64,000 nt of DNA from an uncultured Acetobacteraceae bacterium (GCA_964250355.1 CAXUGD010000001.1:18881-82880); one strand, 5' to 3'. Numbered from the stretch's first letter, positions 11,240-21,113 are shown. Made by a program: numbers and translations. The notes: generated by a model not told the origin, from the letters alone.

Positions 11240-12246
11240 GCGAGCGCCGCCGTCTCGGTCAGCGCGCGGGCAACGGTGCGCCGGATCAGCTCTAGCTTGT
11301 AGGCGTTGCGCCCATGTGCCACGGCGCCGTTGGCGGCGCGCGCCACCGCTGCCTGAATCAGCGCGGGGGTAAGGACCCGGCCCTGCAGCGCCGCCTCGAC
11401 CTGCGGCAGGCGCCACGGCCTGGTTGCCACGCCGCCGACCGCGATGCGCATTTCGCGCACCGTGCCGTCGCCGCCAAGCTCCATCGCCACGGCCGCCGAT
11501 GCGATCGACCATTCGAAGCTCGCCCGGTCGCGCACCTTGAGGTAATGCGAGCGCAGCCCGGCCGGGCCGGCCGGCACCTCGATCGACAGGATGAGCTCGC
11601 CCGGCGCCAGCCGGGTTTCGACAGCGGGCGTATCCCCGGGCGTGCAATGCAGATCGGCGAGCGGGATCGTGCGCGCCCCATCCGGCCCGGCGATCCTGAG
11701 GGTTGCGTCCAGCACCAGCAGCGCGTTGGCGAGATCGCCCGCGTAGGTGGCGATGCAGCGCCCGCTGCCGCCCAGCACCGCGTGAAAGCGGTTCTGCCCT
11801 TCGATGGCCGGGCAGCCGCTCCCCGGCTCGCGCTTCTCGCAGGGCGCGCCCGGGTCGCGGAAATAGCCGCAGCGGGTGCGCTGCAGCAGGTTGCCGCCGA
11901 GGGTCGCCAGGTTGCGCACCTGCGCAGACGCGCTCGCCAGCAAGGCTTCCGACACCACCGGGCACGCCGCCAGCACCGCCGGGTGCGCCGCCGCGTCGCT
12001 CATCCGGACGAGTGCGCCGAGCCGCAAGCCGCCCGCGTGCCGCTCGATCCGGTCCAGCCCCGCAAGCGCGGAGATGTCGATGATGCGGTCGGGGTTGCGC
12101 AGATGCTCCCCCATGAGCTGCATCATGTCGGTGCCGCCGGCGAAGAAATCCGCGCCGGGCTCGTGCGCCCTGTCCGAGCGGTGGCGCGCGAGGCTGGCGG
12201 TCGCGGCAGGAACGCTGGCGGCACGGACATAGGCGAAGGGAACCAT
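11236..12246 (-). CDS. paoB: Aldehyde oxidoreductase FAD subunit (PaoB/YagS-like)
   Basis: AGGTD, RNLATLGGNLLQRTRCGYFRD..C..C, YLKVRDRASFE. Confidence 0.9.
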   Translation of the reverse strand: MVPFAYVRAASVPAATASLARHRSDRAHEPGADFFAGGTDMMQLMGEHLRNPDRIIDISALAGLDRIERHAGGLRLGALVRMSDAAAHPAVLAACPVVSEALLASASAQVRNLATLGGNLLQRTRCGYFRDPGAPCEKREPGSGCPAIEGQNRFHAVLGGSGRCIATYAGDLANALLVLDATLRIAGPDGARTIPLADLHCTPGDTPAVETRLAPGELILSIEVPAGPAGLRSHYLKVRDRASFEWSIASAAVAMELGGDGTVREMRIAVGGVATRPWRLPQVEAALQGRVLTPALIQAAVARAANGAVAHGRNAYKLELIRRTVARALTETAALA

Positions 12247-12248
12247 CG

Positions 12249-12848
12249 TCAGCCCTCCCGGCCGGCAGCGTCGCGGATCGCTGCCACGATGTTGGTGTAG
12301 GCGCCGCAGCGGCAGAGATTGCCGCTCATCCACTCGCGTATCTCGGCGTCGGACTGCGCATGGCCCTCGGCGATGCAGGCAACGCCGCTGACGATCTGCC
12401 CCGGCGTGCAATAGCCGCACTGGTAGCCGTCATGGGCCACGAACGCCGCCTGCAGGGGATGGAGTTGGCCGTCCTGCGCCAATCCCTCGATCGTGGTGAT
12501 CGCGCGGCCCTGGCTCATCACCGCCAGCGTCAGGCAGGCATTCACCCGGCGTCCATCGACCAGGACGGTGCAGGCGCCGCAGGCGCCGAGCCCGCAGCCT
12601 TTCTTGCTGCCGGTGAGCTGCAGGTGGTCGCGCAACGCGTCGAGCAGGCTCGTATGCGCATCGAGGCCCGGCAGGTGATGCTCGGCGCCGTTCACGGTCA
12701 GCACCACGTCGAGTTGCCGGCGCGGCTCGTCCGCCGGCTTCGGCACGGCGCCCCGTGCGGGCGTCTGCGGCGGGCCGGCTATCACGGCAGCCCCGCCTGC
12801 CATCGAGGTTGCAAGGACGCCCCGCCGCGTCCAGTTCCGATCGTCCAC
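12249..12848 (-). CDS. paoA: 2Fe-2S subunit with twin-arginine leader (PaoA/YagT-like)
   Basis: TRRGVL leader; KKGCGLGACGAC, QCGYCTPGQ, GNLCRC. Confidence 0.9.
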   Translation of the reverse strand: MDDRNWTRRGVLATSMAGGAAVIAGPPQTPARGAVPKPADEPRRQLDVVLTVNGAEHHLPGLDAHTSLLDALRDHLQLTGSKKGCGLGACGACTVLVDGRRVNACLTLAVMSQGRAITTIEGLAQDGQLHPLQAAFVAHDGYQCGYCTPGQIVSGVACIAEGHAQSDAEIREWMSGNLCRCGAYTNIVAAIRDAAGREG

Positions 12849-12947
12849 GGCGCGCTCACCTCGCGTGCATGAGCGTAATTTCGGCCATGCGCCGCATGGC
12901 GGGGCACGATGCTGCCCGTAGACCCGGACCGATGAAGCCGCGTTCCA

Positions 12948-13989
12948 TCACGACACCCCCGGCGTTTGCCCTGCACCGGCATGGCGCTCCAGCCAGGCGA
13001 GCACGGGTGCCAGCGCTGCGTCGGAGTTTTTCTCGTTGATGAGGCCGTGACCGTTGCCGGTCACGCCGTGGGCCGGCAGGTGCTGCTGCTCGGCGGCGGC
13101 CCCGCCTGCCTTCAGCGCGGCCACGATCGGCGGGCTGGCCGGTGCGAAAGACGAGGTGTCGCCCGTCACTACGCCGATCGGCAGTCCCGCCAGGTTGGGC
13201 AGGCGCCGCGTCGCGGGATCGGCAGCGCGCACCGCGTCCGACGAGGCGAGCGGCGGATCGAAGGTCAGCGGCGCGGCGGCCAATCCCCAGCTCAACGGAC
13301 CGATATTGGGTATGTCGGCGAAGGGCGGCCCCATGGGCTCGACGCTGACGATGGCGCGGACCAGCCCTTGTCGCCGGTCGGCGGCGAGCCAGCCGCTCGG
13401 TCCCGATGCCGAATGGGTGAGCAGGATGGCCGGCCCGATCCGGTCGAGCATCCGGGCAAGCCGGTCGGCGTCCATCTCTTCCGAGGCCGCGAGGTCGGCC
13501 GGCAGCGGGCCGTAGCCGGCGATGAACTGGTCCATCGCCGCCGCGTCATCGGGCGCGAATGGCCATTGCGTATGCCTGCCCGACGGGTCGGGCGGAAAAT
13601 AGATCTGCCGTCCACCCTCGTAGGAGAAGGCCGGGCCCATCGGGCCGATGATGTCGGTATGCAGCGGCGAGCGGCCATGGCCAGGGCGATCGACGACCAC
13701 CGTCGCATATCCGGCCTCGACCAGCCGCTGCGCCCAATCCGGGACGGCCGTCCGGCGTGTCCAGCCACTCGGTGCCCTGAAAGCCGCCGCCATGCACCAG
13801 CACGACGGGATAGGGTTGCGTGACCGTCTGCGGCGCTACCCACTCGGCGAACATCGGCCCGCGCTGGAAGGTCTTGCCGCCGCGTTTCACCCGCTCGCCG
13901 GACACCCAGAAATGCCCGCGTCGGACGGTGCGCGCCGGGGTGCCGGCCCAGAACGGCTGCGCGGCCTCGAGAACAGTTTGCCCGGTCAT
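12948..13989 (-). pseudogene. Alpha/beta hydrolase, frameshifted near 13737
   Basis: VLVHGGG..TPDGRPG then (W)AQRL..DRPGHGRS..THSASG..GNGH in a shifted frame; one extra T. Confidence 0.8.
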
Positions 13990-14408
13990 CGGGACATCCC
14001 GCCGAGTTCGGCGTAGGCGGGCACATTCCAGTAGAAGGGCCGAAACTCGGCAATGCGGTCGCCCGCCACGCGGACCGTCTGCGTCATCGGAAGGTCGAGC
14101 ATGCTGCCAGATATGCGCGCGCGGGTGACCAGGCGGCAGGTGATGACCACTGTGTCGCCATCTTCGAAGAAACGCGCGTCCGCCACCGCAAGCCGGTCGA
14201 AGGTCCGGCTCATCTGCCGCGCCCAGTCCTCGTAGCCGGCGTGGCCGCGGAATTCGCCGCCCCAGGGCAGGTCGGGCGACTGGTGCAGCACCACATCGGG
14301 TGCCAGCGTCGCGGCCATGCCGGCGAAGCTTCCGCCGGCGTTCATGTAGGCGTCTTCAGCCGCGTGGAAGCGCTGGATGACGTCCCGGGGCGAAGCGGCG
14401 GCGGGCAT
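13986..14408 (-). CDS. NTF2/SnoaL-like protein
   Basis: PDVVLHQSPDLPWGGEFRGH..EFRPFYW. Confidence 0.8.
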   Translation of the reverse strand: MPAAASPRDVIQRFHAAEDAYMNAGGSFAGMAATLAPDVVLHQSPDLPWGGEFRGHAGYEDWARQMSRTFDRLAVADARFFEDGDTVVITCRLVTRARISGSMLDLPMTQTVRVAGDRIAEFRPFYWNVPAYAELGGMSR

Positions 14409-14869
14409 CACAGCGCCACCTCGCCGCCGTCGGGATCGCTGCGGTAGGTGGCCGTGCCGCCGTTGCGGAAGGTGGAGGCGGTGCCGAACGTGTCCTCCAT
14501 GAACTGCATGTAGGTGATCTGGCCGTCCTCCACCTTGGCCAGGATGGCAAAGGGCGAGGTGACCGCGCGGCCAAGCGTGGCGGAGCGGTAGGTGAAGCGG
14601 CCGAACACGGCCACGTTGCCGCCCTCGCCGAACAGCTCGCCGATCTCGAACGCCTCGTTATGCCAGTAGCGGTTCACCCTCGTGTAGGTGTCCAGCACCG
14701 CCTCCGGGCCGGTGCGGGTGCCGGCCCAGGGCATGATGCGGCGAAGTTCGGGGTTGTCGAAATTGAGCGACACGTAAGTGGCATTCGGCGCCATCAGCCT
14801 GTGCACCACCTCGGGGTTCACCGGGTCTGCCAAGAGCGTTCGCACGATCTCTTTCGGTGACATGGGCAT
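14408..14869 (-). CDS. NTF2/ketosteroid isomerase-like protein
   Basis: MPWAGTRTG..VAVFGRF..QFMEDT; AGGAGA RBS. Confidence 0.8.
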   Translation of the reverse strand: MPMSPKEIVRTLLADPVNPEVVHRLMAPNATYVSLNFDNPELRRIMPWAGTRTGPEAVLDTYTRVNRYWHNEAFEIGELFGEGGNVAVFGRFTYRSATLGRAVTSPFAILAKVEDGQITYMQFMEDTFGTASTFRNGGTATYRSDPDGGEVAL

Positions 14870-14996
14870 TCGTCTCCTGCGACAGCGCGGGCGCACCCGC
14901 TTAGTTTAAGACTGTTCGATCCACAAGTTGGAGAGCGTCCCGACTCTTGTCAATGATATTTGGACCAAACATTCTATAAGTCTGCTGGAGAGACGG

Positions 14997-15605
14997 ATGC
15001 CGCGCACTGGAAGACCGAGGGAGTTCGACCGAGATCGCGCGCTGGACGCTGCGATGCAGCTGTTCTGGCGCCAGGGCTACGAATCGACCTCGCTCGACCA
15101 GCTCAAGCAGGCGATGGGCGGCCTTTCGGCGGCCAGCTTCTATGCAGCGTTCGGTTCCAAGGAGCGCCTCTATCGCGAGGCGTTGGCCCGCTACCTCGAC
15201 ACGCACGGGCAGGTCGTCGCGACCTTGCACGACGAGACGCTGGCGCCGCGCGACGCGCTGGAGCGCGCGCTTCGCCAATCGGCCCGGTTGCAGACCGACA
15301 CCCAACTGCCGATGGGATGCATGATCGTGCTGTCGGCCGCAAACGCCGCGCCGGGGAACGCGCATGTGCAGGCGTTGGTCGCCGCCGAACGGGAACGCAA
15401 CCGCAATGCCGTCCGTCGCTGCATCGAGCGGGCCGTGGCATCGGGCGAATTGCGCGCCGGCGCCGAGGGTTTGGCCATTCTGGCAGACGCGTTGCTGGTC
15501 GGCATGTCGGTCCAGGCGCGCGACGGCGTGCCGCTTGAGGCCATCGATGCTGCCATATCGAACCTGCTTCAGCTTTGGGACTTGGGACAAAAACTGCATG
15601 GGTAG
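14997..15605 (+). CDS. TetR-family regulator, divergent from the NTF2/hydrolase genes
   Basis: GRPREFD..FWRQGYESTS..SFYAAFGSKE. Confidence 0.92.
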   Translation: MPRTGRPREFDRDRALDAAMQLFWRQGYESTSLDQLKQAMGGLSAASFYAAFGSKERLYREALARYLDTHGQVVATLHDETLAPRDALERALRQSARLQTDTQLPMGCMIVLSAANAAPGNAHVQALVAAERERNRNAVRRCIERAVASGELRAGAEGLAILADALLVGMSVQARDGVPLEAIDAAISNLLQLWDLGQKLHG

Positions 15606-15610
15606 GTAAG

Positions 15611-15743
15611 GCAAGCGGTCCTTTTTGAAAAAAGACGCAAAAACTTTTGTTCCTGTCGTTGTTGAAACGGCCGGTTGAGCCGTCGCTGAGAGAGCGAAAA
15701 AGCAAAAGTTTTTTGGTCCTTTTTTCAAAAAAGGACTTCTTGC
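15611..15743. repeat. MITE-like palindromic element with about 40-bp A/T-tract terminal inverted repeats
   Basis: gcaagcggtcctttttgaaaaaagacgcaaaaacttttg ... caaaagttttttggtccttttttcaaaaaaggacttcttgc form an imperfect IR between convergent genes; resembles a repeat common in Acetobacteraceae. Confidence 0.75.
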
Positions 15744-15758
15744 TGCTGCCGTGGTGTC

Positions 15759-16988
15759 TCATGCCCCCATCACGGGGCCGCCGTCGAACAGGAAGAGGCA
15801 ATCCTCCGAGCGCCTGACGCCGTCATGGATCGTGTAGGTGCGGACGTGTCCGGTGCGGTCGCCGTGCCAGAGGGAGACGCAGGCGTAGGCGCCGTCGCGG
15901 CGCAGGATGTAATACACGATTTCGACGAAGCGCAGCGCCGCCATGTCGTTCTTGTAGCAGGCGGCGACAGAGCGCAGCACGTCCATGCCCGCCTCGGCCG
16001 GCGGCAGGCCGCGTTTCATGTTCTGCACGATGGCATAGGCGCCTGCGACCTTGACGTTCGCCGCGGCGCTGCCGCTGGCGCCCGCCGAGCCCACCTCCGG
16101 GTCGAGGTAGCAGCCGGCGCCGAGGGTGGCGACGTCGCTGACCGCGCCGGGGACCTTCCACGGCAGGCCGCTGGTGGTGGAGGCGCAGGACATCTCGCCC
16201 TTGGCGCCGACAGCGGCGACATGGAGCGGTGTGGCGACCGGGAACAGCGCGTCGTAGGCCGCGACCCAGGTCCATTGCGGCTCCAACCCCTCCTGCTTGG
16301 CGAGCGCCTCGTGCGCGCGGATCAGCGTCTCGAGCTCCCCGCGCGTGGCCGGCAGGAAGGGCCGGGCGGCGTCCGGCCCCGGCCAGTTCGGATCGGTGCC
16401 GCCGGGGCCGGGCGGTTGGGGCAGCGCCTGGACGCGCTTCCATACGGCCCACATCTTCCGGCTCTGTTCGGTCAGCAGCTGTTCCTCGGAAAAGCCGTGC
16501 GCCAGGGCGAAACGCTGTGCGTCCAGGCCGGTCAGCAGCGGGGTGCCGGTCGCCTCCATCACGGTGCGCGCCAAGCGGGAGGCGTGGCGAATGCCGCTTA
16601 CCCCGCCCACGGCGGCGCTGCGGCCGCTGGGTCCGTGGTAGCAGCACGCGTCGAGCTGCACGGCGCCCTCGGCATTCGGCAGGCCCGCGAGCCCGGCGGT
16701 GAAGTCGTGCGGGTTGTCCTCCTGTGCCTGCGTGATCGTCAGCGCGGCGTCCAGCGTGTCGCCGCCTTTCTGCAGGGCGGCGTAGGCGTCGTCGATGCCC
16801 AGCGTTCCGGCCGTCCTGCACAGGATCGCCGGCAGCCGCGGTACCGCGGGCCGCTCCAGCTTCGGGTGGTTGTGCATCTCGTGATGCGGCATCGGCATGG
16901 CGGGCTGCGCCCCCGCCTCGTCCGCCCGGCCAATGGCGAGCGCGGCCGAGGAGAGCGCGGCGAGCAGGTCGCGTCGGGACGGGTTCAT
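15759..16988 (-). CDS. Tat-exported glycosylasparaginase/isoaspartyl peptidase (Ntn-hydrolase) homologue with degenerate catalytic motifs
   Basis: SRRDLL leader; GLPNAEGAVQLDAC, TTSGLPWKVPG, LGAGCYLD. Confidence 0.8.
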   Translation of the reverse strand: MNPSRRDLLAALSSAALAIGRADEAGAQPAMPMPHHEMHNHPKLERPAVPRLPAILCRTAGTLGIDDAYAALQKGGDTLDAALTITQAQEDNPHDFTAGLAGLPNAEGAVQLDACCYHGPSGRSAAVGGVSGIRHASRLARTVMEATGTPLLTGLDAQRFALAHGFSEEQLLTEQSRKMWAVWKRVQALPQPPGPGGTDPNWPGPDAARPFLPATRGELETLIRAHEALAKQEGLEPQWTWVAAYDALFPVATPLHVAAVGAKGEMSCASTTSGLPWKVPGAVSDVATLGAGCYLDPEVGSAGASGSAAANVKVAGAYAIVQNMKRGLPPAEAGMDVLRSVAACYKNDMAALRFVEIVYYILRRDGAYACVSLWHGDRTGHVRTYTIHDGVRRSEDCLFLFDGGPVMGA

Positions 16989-17018
16989 GCAGGTTCCTGG
17001 TTGGTCATGAAAGATGGT

Positions 17019-17056
17019 GCCGGGGACAGGCCGGCTGGCGGCGACCTGTCCCCGGC
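17019..17056. terminator. 12-bp perfect hairpin between the ricin-domain gene and the asparaginase-like gene
   Basis: gccggggacagg-N14-cctgtccccggc; weak U-tract, so it may be a stabiliser or attenuator. Confidence 0.45.
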
Positions 17057-17070
17057 GTCGGCTCTCCCCC

Positions 17071-19506
17071 TCAATGGGAGAGGGTGAAGGTCCATTGCTG
17101 CCACTTGGCGCCGGACACCGGCCACTGGTCGATCACCGCGCCCGAGTTGGGCGAACCGGCATCGACGTCGAGCGCTTGGCCGCTGAGCGTGCTGGTGAGC
17201 TGGTAGCTGCCCGCACCGACCGAGGTGACGAACCATTGCTGCCATTGGCCGCCGCCGTAGGGGATTTGATCCACCAGCGCGCTCGGCTTGTTGGAGCCGC
17301 CCGCGACCTCCATCACCTGCCTGCTCGCGACGTTGGTCAGGGTGACGACGTTGTTGCCGATGTTGTTGACGGCCCATTTCTGGCTGGCGGCACCGTTGAT
17401 TGTGACCTGCTGGATGACCGTGCCCGCCGTGTTGGAGCCACCCGGGTCGTCCAGCGCCTTGCCGCTGTTGACGCTGGTGACGACGTAGGTGCCGTTCGGG
17501 ATCAGCTGCCCGGCCGTGCCCGCCTTGGCGAAGGTCCATTGCTGCCAGGCCTTGCCGGCATAAACCGTCTGGTCGATGTTGGCGTTGGCGGCCACCGAGC
17601 CGCCGGCCACTTCCATCGCGTTGCCACCGTTCTGGCTGGTGACTTCGAAGATTCCCGACCCCAACGACTTGAGCGCCCATTGCTGCCAGGTGACCGCCTT
17701 GTACGGGTATTGGTCCAACAGCGCACCGGGGCTCGTCGAACCAGCGGTGACGTCGAGCGCCTGTGCGCTGGTGGCATTGGTTAGTGTGACGACGTTGTTG
17801 CCGATGTTGTTCAACACCCATTGCTGGTTCGACGTGTTGGCGGCCGGTTGCTGCTGCATGACGATGCTGGGCTGCTGCGAGGCGGCGGGTGTGGTGCCGG
17901 GGTTGGAAAGCAGCTGGCCGCTGTTGACGTTGGCGAGCGTGTAGGTGCCGTTCTGTAGCAGGTGCGTCCCCGTCGGCAGCTGGCCATAGATGCACACCTG
18001 GCCGCTCATGGCCTGCGCCGTGCCGAAGCTTGCGAGGTAGACCTTGCCGTTGGCGACCGTGGGCGCGGTGAACTTGGCGTAGTTGCCACAATCGTCACGC
18101 GTCGGGTTCTGCTCGTTGTTCCAGATCTGTGTCATGTTGGCCGTGTTGTAGGCGTATAGGATGCCCGGCTGCGTCATGTGCCAGGCGCCCAGCATCGAGT
18201 TACTGGGATCGCCGCGGCTGTTTGTGGCCGCCCACAGTATGGCGTTGGCGTTCCCGTTGGCCGACATCGACAGCGTGCCGCCTGGATGGCCGAACGCCTG
18301 GATGTTGCCGACGAAGCTGGGCGAGGTTGCGAAGTTCGTGCCGTTGAAGTGGAAGACGCGCAGGTAATCGCCCTGGCCCCACATGTAGAGGTTGGAGTTG
18401 TAGTAGGTGAACGAATGGATGTGCGAGGATGTCGCCTGCCAGCTCTGCGTGGTGGCGTCGCCGAGATGTCCCATGTCGGCCGTGTTGACGAGCCGCAGAT
18501 AGCCGTCCTTGCCGCCAGTGACGAGGAAGTCGGTGTTCGGCAGCAATACCGATCCGGCCGCCGTCAAGTCGCTATCCAAGCCGTCGAGGTCGGACCAATT
18601 GGACGGCGTATACCAGTCTTCCAGTGATAAGGTCGGGCTGGTCTTCAGGACCGTCTCGCTGAAATTAGTCATTCCGTCCCACTTGCCATTGCCCGCAACG
18701 ATGTAGACGTTGCCCTGCGGGTCGGCCGTGTCACCGTTGCCCGCCTGCCAGGTGCCGTTGCCGTTGTCATCGGGAGACGCGTTGAACATGCCGGTCTGTG
18801 CCAGACTCTGCGCATTATAGGCAAAGCTGAGCCCCTTCCACGGCTTGTCGTCGCAGTGCGAGGCGAAAGAAAAGTAGATGTTGCCATTGGCATAGAGTAG
18901 CCCAGGCCGCTGCATCTGCCGCACGGAGTCGAACTCCGGCGCTTGTATCTGCGCCGGGCTGCCTGGCTCCTCGGTTCCCGTCGTGATGTCGAGCGCGTGC
19001 AGCGCATGAACCGACGTGGAACTCATATAGGTCTGCGTGACGACGTAAAGGCGCCCGTTGGCGATGACTGGCGTGCTCATGATGCCGGCAGAGCCCAATA
19101 TGTCCATGCAAGACCAACTCGACGTCGCCTTGGTGAGCGGCGTGCCGAAGTTGACGTGCCAATACAGCGAGCCGCTATCGGCGTCGAACGCGTAGATGCT
19201 GTTGTTCGCGGTCGCCACGTAGAGGACGTTGTGCACGCTGCCGGCGATGGAAACGTTGGAGACGATCAGCGGCTGCGCGAACACCTGGTCGTCGACCGAA
19301 AGCTTGAACAGCATGCCGAACTGCGCCGCGTTGACGTTCTCCGGCGTCAGCACCGTCTCGCCCGCATTCACCCCGTCGCGGAAATTGTCGTTGTGCTGCG
19401 TCAGCACGCTGACCTGCGCAGAGGCGGTTGTGGACAGAGCGGGCAAGGCCAGGGCGGCTATGCCCAGGATGGAACGCAGCGGGATGGCGCTGATGGGGTT
19501 TTGCAT
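17071..19506 (-). CDS. Secreted PQQ-type propeller-like protein with two C-terminal ricin-B lectin domains
   Basis: Signal peptide (..ASA|Q); VLTQHNDN.R.G.N..ET.LTP N-terminus; PTVANGKVY; six Q-x-W repeats in two duplicated domains. Confidence 0.8.
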   Translation of the reverse strand: MQNPISAIPLRSILGIAALALPALSTTASAQVSVLTQHNDNFRDGVNAGETVLTPENVNAAQFGMLFKLSVDDQVFAQPLIVSNVSIAGSVHNVLYVATANNSIYAFDADSGSLYWHVNFGTPLTKATSSWSCMDILGSAGIMSTPVIANGRLYVVTQTYMSSTSVHALHALDITTGTEEPGSPAQIQAPEFDSVRQMQRPGLLYANGNIYFSFASHCDDKPWKGLSFAYNAQSLAQTGMFNASPDDNGNGTWQAGNGDTADPQGNVYIVAGNGKWDGMTNFSETVLKTSPTLSLEDWYTPSNWSDLDGLDSDLTAAGSVLLPNTDFLVTGGKDGYLRLVNTADMGHLGDATTQSWQATSSHIHSFTYYNSNLYMWGQGDYLRVFHFNGTNFATSPSFVGNIQAFGHPGGTLSMSANGNANAILWAATNSRGDPSNSMLGAWHMTQPGILYAYNTANMTQIWNNEQNPTRDDCGNYAKFTAPTVANGKVYLASFGTAQAMSGQVCIYGQLPTGTHLLQNGTYTLANVNSGQLLSNPGTTPAASQQPSIVMQQQPAANTSNQQWVLNNIGNNVVTLTNATSAQALDVTAGSTSPGALLDQYPYKAVTWQQWALKSLGSGIFEVTSQNGGNAMEVAGGSVAANANIDQTVYAGKAWQQWTFAKAGTAGQLIPNGTYVVTSVNSGKALDDPGGSNTAGTVIQQVTINGAASQKWAVNNIGNNVVTLTNVASRQVMEVAGGSNKPSALVDQIPYGGGQWQQWFVTSVGAGSYQLTSTLSGQALDVDAGSPNSGAVIDQWPVSGAKWQQWTFTLSH

Positions 19507-19552
19507 AAAGCCTCCTGAATGCTTGGAACTGCCGGACGGACCGGAACGCACG

Positions 19553-20842
19553 TTACTTCTTGATCGGCGCCGAACCGGCGCCCGTCACGAAACCGCTGCC
19601 CGTCAGTTCGAACACGGTGCCGGCTCCGGTGTCGCCACCCGCGCCACCGCTGGTGGTCGTTCCGTAGAGATTGCCGGCCGCGTCGGCGACCAGCCCGGCC
19701 TGCGGGATGTCGCCGTCCGCGCCGCCGGTGAAGGCGTAGAGCGGCGTGAGCGTCGCGTGATCGGCCGAAAGCTTGAACACGGCACCCAGGAAGGCGCCGT
19801 TGCCGCCGAACTCGTCCGCGCCGCCGTTGGTAGTGCCGTAGAGATTGCCGGCAGCGTCGATCAGCAGGGTGCCCTGCGGCACCGCACCGTTCGGATCGTT
19901 CAGACCGAAACTGGCTATCGTGACGAGCTTGCGGTGCCCGGGGCCGGCCAGTTCGAAGATCGTGCCGGCGGTTCCGGGGCCGCCAAACTGTGTCGTGCCG
20001 TACAGGTTGCCCGCCGCGTCCAGCGTCAGCCCGCCCAGCGGATTGGCGCCATTCGGGCCGCTGAAGGCCGCCAGGGTCGTCAGCGTCTGGTGGTTGGCGC
20101 CCGACAATTCAAACACGGTGCCGAACCCGCCGGGACCGCCGGTAAACGTCGTGCCGAACAGATGGCCCGCGTTGTCCGCCACCAGTGTGGCACCGGGGCG
20201 CGCCCCGTTCACGCCGGAGGTGAACGACACCGCGGTGCTGAGCCGGCCGTGCGCGAGGCCCGACAGCTCGAACACGGTCCCGTTGCCGTTGGCACCGCCC
20301 GCGCTCGTGGTGCCGAACACCTCGCCGGCCAGGTAGGGCGATCCATGGCCAGGCCCGGCCAACGTGACGCCGCCAACCGGGGTCGCCCCGTTGCTGCCAG
20401 AGAACGACGCAAGAGTGGCCAGGCGGCGATGGGCCGCGCCCGACAACACGAAGACCGTTCCAGTCCCCGACACGCCACCCGCCTCCGTCGTTCCGTATAG
20501 ATTGCCAAGCCCATCGATCGTCAAAGCCGCGGCGGGATTAGTTCCATTCTGGCCGTCGAACGTGACCAGGGTTTTGAAGCCGGTGTGGCCGAGCCCGGAC
20601 AGCTCGAATGCCGTCCCCTGCCCGATGCCACTGTTGCTGCCGCCGAACAGGGTGGTCCCATACAGGTTGCCGGCCGGATCGAACGTCACACCGCCCGCGG
20701 GCACGGCGCCGTTCGCGCCGTCGAAGGATACCAGCGTGGTCAACACCGGGCTCGAGCCGGCCTGCGCCGCACAGATCGCCGGGACGCAGAAGCACGCCGT
20801 TCCAAACAGCAGGGCGGCACGGGTCATACGATTGTTTCTCAT
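19553..20842 (-). CDS. Secreted GloVer (Gloeo_Verruco, TIGR03803-like) tandem repeat protein
   Basis: Signal peptide; seven repeats of F.G.NGA.P...L..D..GNLYGTT..GG....GTVFEL. Confidence 0.85.
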   Translation of the reverse strand: MRNNRMTRAALLFGTACFCVPAICAAQAGSSPVLTTLVSFDGANGAVPAGGVTFDPAGNLYGTTLFGGSNSGIGQGTAFELSGLGHTGFKTLVTFDGQNGTNPAAALTIDGLGNLYGTTEAGGVSGTGTVFVLSGAAHRRLATLASFSGSNGATPVGGVTLAGPGHGSPYLAGEVFGTTSAGGANGNGTVFELSGLAHGRLSTAVSFTSGVNGARPGATLVADNAGHLFGTTFTGGPGGFGTVFELSGANHQTLTTLAAFSGPNGANPLGGLTLDAAGNLYGTTQFGGPGTAGTIFELAGPGHRKLVTIASFGLNDPNGAVPQGTLLIDAAGNLYGTTNGGADEFGGNGAFLGAVFKLSADHATLTPLYAFTGGADGDIPQAGLVADAAGNLYGTTTSGGAGGDTGAGTVFELTGSGFVTGAGSAPIKK

Positions 20843-21097
20843 GGTCTGTTCTAATCCTTAGCTGTTATCGTCGTTCCAGGAGTACTTGGGCTGCCAGGTC
20901 GAATAGCGCGTGGCCGCCGTCCGTTCAGGTGTCCAGGCGATAGAGAACGAAGATGCCGTCGATCGACAGGCGACGGTGTGCGAAACTTGGCGGCCCGCCG
21001 ATTTTGCGAACCATCGGGCTTGGCGTAAGGCGGCAGGCGCCACCGGTCGCTCCCCGCACGTTGTCCGCGCTCAATAGACCGACAGTGGCGGCACGAA

Positions 21098-21113
21098 TGT
21101 CACGTCAGCGACA
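21098..21113. promoter_or_regulatory. Candidate Crp/Fnr-type operator TGTCA-N6-CGACA upstream of the GloVer gene
   Basis: tgtca cgtcag cgaca; identical arms at 21964. Confidence 0.5.

Noticed and set aside
20858-21043. 61-aa ORF upstream of the GloVer gene as a leader peptide
   Set aside because: No clear RBS or recognisable motif; cannot be supported
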